Of a stretch of 64,000 bases of DNA, positions 9,485 through 18,347 are shown one piece after another. Origin of the DNA: Candidatus Latescibacterota bacterium. GTDB lineage: Bacteria > Latescibacterota > UBA2968 > UBA8231. The stretch lies in NCBI GenBank assembly GCA_965203175.1, contig OZ241867.1, positions 2,080,001-2,144,000 on the forward strand, read 5' to 3'. The notes under the pieces are model-generated. The model did not search any database. It saw only the letters and a list, made by a program, of their open reading frames with translations, and had not been told where the DNA came from. Each line of letters begins with the position of its first letter. Position 1 is the stretch's first letter. Position numbers and translations under genes: made by a program.

Positions 9485-12400
9485 ATGCTGGCTTTCATCG
9501 CCTGTCTTATCGGGCTCGTGTTAAACGTTGGCGTCGGCGCGGAGCCGCTAGTGGAGGGCCGGATACGCCTATCGTCCGGGTTGCCAGCCGCCGGGGTGCA
9601 GGTGCGGCTGTTCGATTTGAGCGATCTGCGCCAGTCCGTCGGCACGACGACGGATGCGACCGGCTATTTTGCGCTTTCGCTGCAAACACTGTTTGGGGGA
9701 AGGAATGCGACCCTGCCGACCGACTTTGCCTTGGGGCAGAATTATCCCAATCCGTTCAATCCTTCCACTCTTATTCCCTATCAACTGTCGGCGACTGGCC
9801 ATGTACGGCTGGAAGTATTCAATATGCTGGGACAGCGCGTGGCCAAGTTAGTCGATGGCGAACGGTCGGCGGGTGTGCACACGGTGCGGTGGGACGGTAC
9901 GGATGCGACCGGGCGCGCGGTCGGGGCGGGAGTGTATATCTATCGGCTCAGTAGCAGGGGGATGGAGGTGAGTCGGCGGATGGTGCTGATAGACGGGCAG
10001 GCTGGGGTCCGCAGCGGTGCGTCGAGTAGGCCCTATACGGCACTGGCTGCCCAAGAAGATCAGACGTATGGGTTGGCTGTTTGGGGCTCGGACATGGTCG
10101 CCTATGTGGATCCCGCTTTCCAGGTCCGAGACGGGATGGCTCCGGTGGACATCGTCGTGGAAGCGCGCGGCTTATCCGGTCGGCGAAAGGTCGTTGAGAG
10201 TGGCCTCTTAGGGGATGTCAACGGCGATGGTCGCGTCGATATTGTCGATGCTTTGTTCGTGGCCATGTACAGCGTCGATCCTTCGACTCTTGCGGCTCAT
10301 ATTCCCAACATTTCTCTCGGCGATGTGGATGCCGATGGCGACATCGACTTTGCCGACGCCTATCTAATAGGGACGTATAGCGTCAATCCGTTGGACCCCA
10401 CCTTGCCCGCGGGGATTGGCCAAGCCGTATCTGATCCTGAATTCCTGACTCCTGAGGCAGCTCGTAGTGCGCTGAATGATCGAGGGATTGCGTATACGTC
10501 GGCATCCTTTTTGGAGCGCGTCCGAGCGGGGGATGTATCTGCGGTACGGCTGTTTGTTGCGGCTGGGATGGACATCCATGTCCGAGATAAATACGGCACG
10601 ACGGCCTTGAACGCGGCCGCTTTTATGGGCCATGTCGAGGTCGTACGCATCTTAGTAGAACAGTGGGTAGCGGAAGCAGACGCGCAGGCCCGAGATGCCG
10701 ACGGCACGACGGTTTTGATGTGGGCGGCTCGGGGGGGCGCTGTGGAGGTGGTGCGTTTTTTGGTCGCCAACGGGGCCGACATTCACGCTCAAAATAACGC
10801 TGGCACGACAGTCTTGATGTATGCGGCTTTGGGGGGCGCTGTGGAGTTCGTGCGTTTCTTGCTCGAAAATGGTGCCGACATTCACGCTCAAAATAACGCT
10901 GGCACGACAGTCTTGATGTATGCGGCTTTGGGGGGCGCTGTGGAGTTCGTGCGTTTCTTGCTCGAAAATGGTGCCGACATTCACGCTCAAAATAACGCTG
11001 GCCGGACGGCCTTGATGTATGCGGCTCAGGGGGGTGATGTGGAGGTGGTGCGTTTTTTGGTCGACAACGAGGCTGGCCTCCACGACCAAGATGACCGCAG
11101 CCGGACGGTCTTAGTGTGGGCGGTTTTTGGGGGTGATGTGGAGGTGGTGCGTTTTTTGGTCGACAACGGCGCTGACCTCCACGTCCGAGATGCCTCTGGC
11201 CGGACGGCCTTGATGTATGCGGCTCAGGGGGGTGATGTGGAGGCGGTGCGTCTTTTGCTCGACAACGGCGCTGACCTCCACGCCCAGAATAACACCGGCG
11301 AGACGGCCTTGACGTATGCGGCTGCGGGGGGCGATATGGAAGTGGTGCGACTTTTGTTCGAAAACGGCGCTGACATAAATAAAAAAACTGACTACGGCCT
11401 TACGGCCTTAACGAGGGCCGCTTGGACGGGCCACGTCGAGGTGGTGCGTTTCTTGCTCGACAAGGGGGCTGACCTCCACGTCCGAGATGACCACGGCAGG
11501 ACGGTTTTGATGTATGGTGCTCAGGAGGGCCACGTCGAGGTGGTGCGTTTTTTGCTCGAAAACGGCACCGGAGCCAACATAAATAAAAAAACTGACTACG
11601 GCACTACGGCCTTGATGAGGGCCGCTCAGGAGGGCCACGTCGAGGTGGTGCGTCTTTTGCTCGACAACGGGCCTGACATTCACGCTAAAGAGTTCCATTC
11701 TGGCAGGACTGCCTTGATGTTCGCTGCTGATGAGGGTCATGTCGAGGTCATACGCATCATAGTAGAACACTGGGTAGCGGAAGCAGGCCCGGAAGCCCAA
11801 GATGACAACGGTACTACGGTTTTGATGTGGGCTGCTTTGGGGGGCGATGTGGAGATGATTCGCCTCTTGCTCGACAACGGGGCCGACCGCCAAGCCCAAG
11901 ATGCCTCTGGCCGGACGGTTTTGATGTATGGTGCTTGGGGGGGCGCTGTGGAGGTGGTGCGTTTCCTGCTCGACAACGGGGCCGACCGCCAAGCCCAAGA
12001 TGCCTCTGGCCGGACGGTTTTGATGTATGGTGCTTGGGGGGGCGCTGTGGAGGTGGTGCGTTTCCTGCTCGACAACGGGGCTGATCGCCAAGCCCAAGAT
12101 GCCTCTGGCACGACGGTCTTGATGTATGCTGCTCGGGAGAGTGCTGTGGAGGTGGTGCGTTTCTTGCTCGCCAACGGGGCCGACATAAATAAACAAAATG
12201 ACTACGGTATTACGGTCTTGATGTATGCCGTTGGTTTTGGGTTCCCCGATAGGGAGATCGGTGTCGAAGTGGTGCGTCTTTTGCTCGCCAACGGGGCCGA
12301 TATACACGCCCAAGATGACAACGGCACGACGGTCTTGATGTGGACCGCTCGGGAGAGTGTTGTGGAGATGGTTCGTCTTTTGCTCGACAAGGGGGCCGAC

Positions 12401-12604
12401 CTCCACGCCCAAAATAACAACGGCTGGACGGCCCTGATGTTCGCCGCTCGGAGGAGCAACTTGGAGATGGTTCGTCTTTTGCTCGACAAGGGGGCCGACC
12501 TCCACGCCCAAAATAACAACGGAGATACGGCCTTGAGCTTTGCCAAAAAAGGTGGTCGCCAAGAAGTGATAGACTTTCTCAAAGCGGCTGGTGCTACGGA
12601 GTAA
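9485..12604 (+). CDS. Secreted ankyrin-repeat protein (20 repeats), same N-terminal module
   Basis: AAAGGAG RBS before ATG 9485 (ORF track starts at 9395); same domain motifs; C-cap ...AAGATE. Confidence 0.92.
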   Translation: MLAFIACLIGLVLNVGVGAEPLVEGRIRLSSGLPAAGVQVRLFDLSDLRQSVGTTTDATGYFALSLQTLFGGRNATLPTDFALGQNYPNPFNPSTLIPYQLSATGHVRLEVFNMLGQRVAKLVDGERSAGVHTVRWDGTDATGRAVGAGVYIYRLSSRGMEVSRRMVLIDGQAGVRSGASSRPYTALAAQEDQTYGLAVWGSDMVAYVDPAFQVRDGMAPVDIVVEARGLSGRRKVVESGLLGDVNGDGRVDIVDALFVAMYSVDPSTLAAHIPNISLGDVDADGDIDFADAYLIGTYSVNPLDPTLPAGIGQAVSDPEFLTPEAARSALNDRGIAYTSASFLERVRAGDVSAVRLFVAAGMDIHVRDKYGTTALNAAAFMGHVEVVRILVEQWVAEADAQARDADGTTVLMWAARGGAVEVVRFLVANGADIHAQNNAGTTVLMYAALGGAVEFVRFLLENGADIHAQNNAGTTVLMYAALGGAVEFVRFLLENGADIHAQNNAGRTALMYAAQGGDVEVVRFLVDNEAGLHDQDDRSRTVLVWAVFGGDVEVVRFLVDNGADLHVRDASGRTALMYAAQGGDVEAVRLLLDNGADLHAQNNTGETALTYAAAGGDMEVVRLLFENGADINKKTDYGLTALTRAAWTGHVEVVRFLLDKGADLHVRDDHGRTVLMYGAQEGHVEVVRFLLENGTGANINKKTDYGTTALMRAAQEGHVEVVRLLLDNGPDIHAKEFHSGRTALMFAADEGHVEVIRIIVEHWVAEAGPEAQDDNGTTVLMWAALGGDVEMIRLLLDNGADRQAQDASGRTVLMYGAWGGAVEVVRFLLDNGADRQAQDASGRTVLMYGAWGGAVEVVRFLLDNGADRQAQDASGTTVLMYAARESAVEVVRFLLANGADINKQNDYGITVLMYAVGFGFPDREIGVEVVRLLLANGADIHAQDDNGTTVLMWTARESVVEMVRLLLDKGADLHAQNNNGWTALMFAARRSNLEMVRLLLDKGADLHAQNNNGDTALSFAKKGGRQEVIDFLKAAGATE
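10775..11003 (+). repeat. Perfect 99-bp tandem repeat (about 2.3 units) encoding duplicated ankyrin repeats
   Basis: gccgacattcacgctcaaaataacgctggc recurs at 10775, 10874 and 10973. Confidence 0.9.
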
Positions 12605-12736
12605 CTAGACGGCCCCTATCTCACTCGACATCGGGAATACTGCCTTATGACTAAGCTCACTGTGAACGCGGTCGACTGGCCATTGGGTTCCTCTAATCCA
12701 ACATCCAACGTACATCCAGCTAAAGGAGTTGCCCTC

Positions 12737-15700
12737 ATGTTGCCTTTCATCGCCTGTCTTATCGGGATCGTGTTAAGTATTCGCGTCGGCGCGGAGCCGC
12801 TGGTGGAGGGCCGGATACGCCTATCGTCCGGGTTGCCAGCCGCCGGGGTGCAGGTGCGGCTGTTCGATTTGAGCGATCTGCGCCAGTCGGTCAGCACGAC
12901 GACGGATGCGACCGGCTATTTTGCGCTTTCGCTGCAAGCGCTGTCTGGGGGAAGGGGCGCGGCCTTGCCCGCCGACTTTGCCTTGGGGCAGAATTACCCC
13001 AATCCGTTCAATCCTTCCACTCTCATTCCCTACCAACTGCCGGCGACTGGCCATGTACGGCTGGAAGTGTTCAATATGCTGGGGCAGCGCTTGGTCCGGT
13101 TAGTCGATGGCGAACGGTCGGCGGGTGCGCACACGGCGCGGTGGGACGGTACGGATGCGGCTGGACGCGCGGTCGGGGCGGGAGTGTATATCTACCGGCT
13201 GAGCAGTGGGGGGATGACGGTGAGTCGGCGGATGGTGCTGATTGACGGGCAGGCTGGGGTCCGCAACGGCGTGTCGAGTAGGCCCTATACGGCACCGGCT
13301 ACCCAAGATCAGGCCTATGGATTGGCCGTTTGGGGCTCGGACATGGTCGCCTATGTGGATCCCGCTTTCCAGATCCGAGACGGGATGGCTCCGGTGGACA
13401 TCGTCGTAGAAGCGCGCGGCCTGTCCGGTCGGCTGAAGGTGGCTGCAGGCGGTCTCTTAGGGGATGTCAACGGCGATGGTCGCGTCGATATTGTCGATGC
13501 GCTGTTCGTGGCCATGTATAGCGTCGATCCTTCGACCCTGGCGGCTCATATTCCCAACATTTCCCTCGGCGATGTGGATGCCGATGGTGACCTCGACTTT
13601 ACCGACGCCTATCTGATAGGGACGTATAGCGTCAATCCGTTGGACCCCACCTTGCCCGCGGGGATTGGCCAAGCCGTATCTGATCCCGAATTCCTGACTC
13701 CTGAAGAAGCCCGTGGTGCGCTGAATGATCGAGGGATTGCGTATACGTCGGCATCCTTTTTGGAGCGCATCCGCGCGGGGGATGTATCTGCGGTGCGGCT
13801 GTTTATTGCGGCTGGGATAGACATCCACGCCCGAGATGCCGACGGCACTACAGCTTTGATGTTAGCCGCTTGGTACGGCCATGTGGAGGTGGTGCGTCTC
13901 TTGCTCGAAAACGGCACCGACATCCACGCCCGACGCGACAACGGCCAAACGGCCTTGATGATGGCCGCTGCTGCGGGCCATGTCGAGGTCGTACGCATCT
14001 TAGTAGAACAGTGGGTAGCGGCAGCAGGCGCACGGGCCCAAGATGCCGATGGCTCTACGGCCTTGATGTGGGCAGCTCGAGGGGGCGATGTCGAGATGGT
14101 GCGGCTTTTGCTGGAAAACGGGGCCAACATAAACGCCCAAGATGTCTCCGGCACGACGGTTTTGATGTATGCGGCTCGGGGGGGCGATGCTGAGGTGGTG
14201 CGTCTCTTGCTCGAAAACGGCATCGACATCCATGCCCGAAATAATAACGGCATTACGGTTTTGATGTATGCGGCTCGGGGGGGCGATGCTGAGGTGGTGC
14301 GTCTTTTGGTTGAAAACGGCACCGACGTCCACGCCCAAAATAATAACGGCATTACAGTTTTGATGTATGGCGCTCGGGGGGGCGATGTGGAGGTGGTGCG
14401 GCTCTTGCTAGAAAACGGCACCGACATCCATGCCCAAGATGACCACGGCGGGACGGCCTTGGGGGCGGGCGCTGATCGGGGCGATGTGGAAGTGGTGCGT
14501 CTTTTGCTGGAAAACGGGGCCGACATAAACACCCAAGATGTCTCCGGCTCTACGGCCTTGATGAAGGCTGCTTTGGGCGGCCATGTGGAGGTGGTGCGGC
14601 TCTTGCTGGAAAATGGGGCCGACATCCACGCCGAACAAGAAAAAGGCTTTACGGCCTTGATGTATGCTGCTTCGGGCGGCGATGTGGAGGTGGTGCGTCT
14701 TTTGCTGGAAAATGGGGCCAACATAAATGAAAGAAATGACTACGGCTATACGGCCTTGATGAGGGCCGCTCAGAGGGGCGATGTGGAGGTGGTGCGGCTC
14801 TTGCTGGAAAACGGTGCCGACCTTCACGCCCAAAATTTCTCCAATAGCAAGACGGTCTTGATGTTCGCCGCTGATAAGGGCCATGTCGCGGTCATACGCA
14901 TCTTAGTAGAACAATGGGTAGCGGAAGCAGGCCCGGAGGCCCAAGATGCGTCTGGCCGGACGGTCTTGATGTGGGCGGCTTTTGGGGGCGATGTGGAGAT
15001 GGTGCGCTTCTTGCTGGAAAACGGTGCCGACCTTCACGCCCAAGATGCCTCCGGTCGGACAGTTTTGATGTATGCTGCTTGGGGGGGTGATGTGGAGGTA
15101 GTGCGTCTTTTGCTGGAAAACGGCACTGACATTCACGCCCAAGATATTTCTAGCCGGACGGTCTTGATGTATGCCGCTTGGGGGGGCGATGTGGAGGTAG
15201 TGCGTCTTTTGGTTGAAAACGGTGCCGACATTCGCGCCCGAGATGTCTCCGGCCGGACAGTCTTGATGGATGCGGCTCGGGGGGGCGATGTGGAGGTAGT
15301 GCGTCTTTTGGTTGAAAACGGTGCCGACCTTCACGCCCAAAATGCCTACGACATTACGGTCTTGATGTGGGCGGCTTTTGGGGGTGATGTGGAAGTGGTG
15401 CGTCTTTTGGTTGAAAACGGCACTGACCTTCACGCCCGAGATATCTCCGGCACGACGGTTTTGATGTATGCGGCTCGGGGGGGCGATGTGGCGGTGGCGC
15501 GTCTTTTGGTTGAAAACGGTACCGACATTGACGTCCAAAATAACGACGGCTGGACGGCCTTGATGTTCGCCATTGATTTTGGGTACTCCGGTGGGGAGGG
15601 CGGTGTAGAAGTGGTGCGTCTTTTGCTCGACAACGGGGCCGATATTAACGTCCAAAATAACGACGGCTGGACGGCCTTGCGCCTTGCCAAAAACAATCCT

Positions 15701-15748
15701 CGTCAAAGGATAATAGACCTTCTCGAAGCGGCTGGTGCCACGGAGTAA
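12737..15748 (+). CDS. Secreted ankyrin-repeat protein (19 repeats), same N-terminal module
   Basis: AAAGGAG RBS before ATG 12737 (ORF track starts at 12647); same domains. Confidence 0.92.
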   Translation: MLPFIACLIGIVLSIRVGAEPLVEGRIRLSSGLPAAGVQVRLFDLSDLRQSVSTTTDATGYFALSLQALSGGRGAALPADFALGQNYPNPFNPSTLIPYQLPATGHVRLEVFNMLGQRLVRLVDGERSAGAHTARWDGTDAAGRAVGAGVYIYRLSSGGMTVSRRMVLIDGQAGVRNGVSSRPYTAPATQDQAYGLAVWGSDMVAYVDPAFQIRDGMAPVDIVVEARGLSGRLKVAAGGLLGDVNGDGRVDIVDALFVAMYSVDPSTLAAHIPNISLGDVDADGDLDFTDAYLIGTYSVNPLDPTLPAGIGQAVSDPEFLTPEEARGALNDRGIAYTSASFLERIRAGDVSAVRLFIAAGIDIHARDADGTTALMLAAWYGHVEVVRLLLENGTDIHARRDNGQTALMMAAAAGHVEVVRILVEQWVAAAGARAQDADGSTALMWAARGGDVEMVRLLLENGANINAQDVSGTTVLMYAARGGDAEVVRLLLENGIDIHARNNNGITVLMYAARGGDAEVVRLLVENGTDVHAQNNNGITVLMYGARGGDVEVVRLLLENGTDIHAQDDHGGTALGAGADRGDVEVVRLLLENGADINTQDVSGSTALMKAALGGHVEVVRLLLENGADIHAEQEKGFTALMYAASGGDVEVVRLLLENGANINERNDYGYTALMRAAQRGDVEVVRLLLENGADLHAQNFSNSKTVLMFAADKGHVAVIRILVEQWVAEAGPEAQDASGRTVLMWAAFGGDVEMVRFLLENGADLHAQDASGRTVLMYAAWGGDVEVVRLLLENGTDIHAQDISSRTVLMYAAWGGDVEVVRLLVENGADIRARDVSGRTVLMDAARGGDVEVVRLLVENGADLHAQNAYDITVLMWAAFGGDVEVVRLLVENGTDLHARDISGTTVLMYAARGGDVAVARLLVENGTDIDVQNNDGWTALMFAIDFGYSGGEGGVEVVRLLLDNGADINVQNNDGWTALRLAKNNPRQRIIDLLEAAGATE

Positions 15749-15782
15749 CTTGGACGGCCCAAGAAAAGCCGGATGAGATGAT

Positions 15783-18182
15783 ATGTGGAAGAGCAACCTG
15801 ATCATTGCCCTGCGCGTATTGGGGCGCAACAAGACGATCTCGCTGATTAACATCATCGGCCTGTCCGTGGCCTTTGCCGTGGCAGTCCTGTGTCTGCTGT
15901 TCGTGCGCCACGAGACCTCCTTTGACACTTGGCACGAAAAAGGGGACCGGATCTTCGCCATCTATCTTGATCCGCTAGAGCCCGAACCCGGTGCATTCTT
16001 TAACCGTTCCACGATGAGAGGTTACAGTCTGCGCGAGGACGTGCGTGCTAAAGTCGTCGGCATCCGCGAATCGGTTTCCATGCGGTTGGGCGTCGGTAAA
16101 GTCTCGTATGGAGATGCGACCTTTGATGAGTCCTTCCTCGCGGTCGATCCGGCTTTCCTCACTATGTTCACCTTGCCACTGGCTGCGGGCGATGCGGTGA
16201 CGGCTCTCGACGATTCTCAGAGCGTTGTTCTCGCCCATGAGACGGCCCAGAAGTACTTCGGTGCCGATGTTCCTGCCCACGCCCTACTGGGCAAGCGCAT
16301 CCGGCTGCACACCGTCGAGTGGGACCACTCGACATCGCCGCTGAAGGAGACGCCTATCGAGGTGGAGCGTACCATTGCGGGTGTACTGGCACCCCTGCCG
16401 GGGCCTTCCATTTTGCGTCTAAAGGTACTCGTGCCCGCAGTAACGGCCGAGGCCCTGTACTTCAGGGGGACAGGCGGACTCTTTGTTGAACTTGAAGAGG
16501 GCGTAGAGCCTGCCGAAGTGGAAACGCGGCTGGCACCCCTGATCTCGCGGGACCGATTGAAGTTGCAACCTTTTGCGGGTGCTCACTTAGGACCTAGGAT
16601 AATGGGACCCGTCCCCCTCGGTTATGGCTCGGTCGAGCATATCTATCTGTTGGCAGGGCTGGCCGCGCTCGTACTGCTGATAGCTGCCATCAACTTCGTC
16701 AACCTCGCCATGAGCCGCGCTATGACGCGGACCTTGGAAGTCGGGGTGCGCAAGGTGGTCGGCGCGACACGCTACCAGCTTTCCAACCAATTCCTCGCCG
16801 AAGCAATCGTAGTAAGCCTAATCGCCATCGCCGTTGGCATGGGCTTTGCCGAAATCGTGCTGCCGACGTTTAACGAGGTCATGCGTCAGCAACTCATGCA
16901 TCGGCAGCTAGAGATTGAGTGGCTGTCGGTCGAGACAGGGATAGGTGCCTTAACCCTTGCCGTGGTGGTCGGCGTACTCTCGGGTCTGTATCCGGCCCAA
17001 ATCGTTACGCGGCTCCATCCCGTCCGGGCACTGTCCCGCAAGACGCCTCAGCCGGGTCGCGGCTGGCTCGGTCGCGGTCTGATTGTCGTGCAGTTTGCGC
17101 TGTCGGCCGTTCTCCTCGTCGTGACGATCACTATGGCGCGACAGCTCGATTTTATGCGCACCAAGGATTTGGGCTTCGACGGCGACCAAGTCTTGCTGGC
17201 TATCCAATTTAAAGGCAGTCTCAATGCTTTGCAGATTGAGCGTCTCGCCGACGAGATCAATTTCCGGCCGGGACTTGTACAAGGAGTTACCGGTGCCTCG
17301 GCCGCACCCGGCTTTGGCGGCTTTCCCCCTATGACAATCCGGTCCGATGAGAACGAGCTCCGCGCTAAGCCCTTCTACGTAAGTCCAAACTTCCTGAGCG
17401 TCATGGGTATAGAGGTCCTCTCCGGGCAGGGCTTCGATCCCAATCTGCCGCACGGAGTTCTGCTCAACGAGACCGCCGCACGCCTCTTCGGCTCTGAAAA
17501 CCTAATCGGCCGCACCTTGACATCTACCCAAAATGATGGCGAGCCAATGACGGTGATCGGCATAGTCAAAGATTTCCACTTCGTGGATATGCGCCATACC
17601 ATAGGGCCGGCTTTTCTAACTACACCTATGCTAGAAGATCGGTTCAGGCGCACCCTGTTCCGGCTCGACCGCGCCGACCTGCCCGCGGCGGTCGAAGAGG
17701 TAAAGGCGCTGTGGAAGCGGGTTTTGCCGGAATACGAATTGTGGGGCGTGCGCTTCCTCGCCGAAGCCTTTGCCGAGAAATACGAGACTGAGCAGCGCAT
17801 CGGCCTTGTCATGCGATGGATGAGTGCCGTCGCCATTGCGATCTCCTGCATGGGGCTTTTTGGCTTGGTCGCTTTGGCATCCGTGCGGCGCACCAAGGAA
17901 ATTGGCATCCGCAAGGTATTGGGCGCTACGACCGGCAGCGTGCTGCTGTTGATGTCGCGCGAATTCGGCTGGCTGGTGGTGGCGGCCAATGTCATTGCTT
18001 GGCCTGTGGCTTATTTCGCGTTGAACCGCTGGCTCGCGCTCTACGCCTACCGCATTGACATGGGCGTGGGATGGTTTGTGCTGGCGGGCGTGGGCGTTCT
18101 CGCGGTTGCACTGGTCACTGTCAGCGGCCAAACGTGGCTGGCGGCGCGGACCAATCCGGCGGATGCGTTGAGATACGAATAG
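15783..18182 (+). CDS. ABC transporter permease, duplicated MacB-PCD/FtsX type (copy 3)
   Basis: MWKSNLIIALR start, INFVNL, EVGVRKVVGA, RRTKEIGIRKVLGA, NPADALRYE. Confidence 0.92.
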   Translation: MWKSNLIIALRVLGRNKTISLINIIGLSVAFAVAVLCLLFVRHETSFDTWHEKGDRIFAIYLDPLEPEPGAFFNRSTMRGYSLREDVRAKVVGIRESVSMRLGVGKVSYGDATFDESFLAVDPAFLTMFTLPLAAGDAVTALDDSQSVVLAHETAQKYFGADVPAHALLGKRIRLHTVEWDHSTSPLKETPIEVERTIAGVLAPLPGPSILRLKVLVPAVTAEALYFRGTGGLFVELEEGVEPAEVETRLAPLISRDRLKLQPFAGAHLGPRIMGPVPLGYGSVEHIYLLAGLAALVLLIAAINFVNLAMSRAMTRTLEVGVRKVVGATRYQLSNQFLAEAIVVSLIAIAVGMGFAEIVLPTFNEVMRQQLMHRQLEIEWLSVETGIGALTLAVVVGVLSGLYPAQIVTRLHPVRALSRKTPQPGRGWLGRGLIVVQFALSAVLLVVTITMARQLDFMRTKDLGFDGDQVLLAIQFKGSLNALQIERLADEINFRPGLVQGVTGASAAPGFGGFPPMTIRSDENELRAKPFYVSPNFLSVMGIEVLSGQGFDPNLPHGVLLNETAARLFGSENLIGRTLTSTQNDGEPMTVIGIVKDFHFVDMRHTIGPAFLTTPMLEDRFRRTLFRLDRADLPAAVEEVKALWKRVLPEYELWGVRFLAEAFAEKYETEQRIGLVMRWMSAVAIAISCMGLFGLVALASVRRTKEIGIRKVLGATTGSVLLLMSREFGWLVVAANVIAWPVAYFALNRWLALYAYRIDMGVGWFVLAGVGVLAVALVTVSGQTWLAARTNPADALRYE

Positions 18183-18230
18183 AGGAAAAGGGAGCGTGTA
18201 GAACAGACCCCAAAGCCGAAAGGGAATGGG

Positions 18231-18310
18231 ATGCTGAGAACCTAATCATCACGGCTGGACGCAATCTCGTTCGGCACAAGGCGTATGCGCTACTGAATGT
18301 CGTTGGACTG
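18231..18310 (+). pseudogene. Frameshifted 5' stub of another ABC permease
   Basis: ATG CTG AG, then a shifted frame reading NLIITAGRNLVRHKAYALLNVVGL, matching the permease N-termini; breaks off at the ankyrin-gene leader. Confidence 0.75.
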
Positions 18311-18347
18311 ACATCCAACATCCATGAATGATAAAGGAGTTGATATC

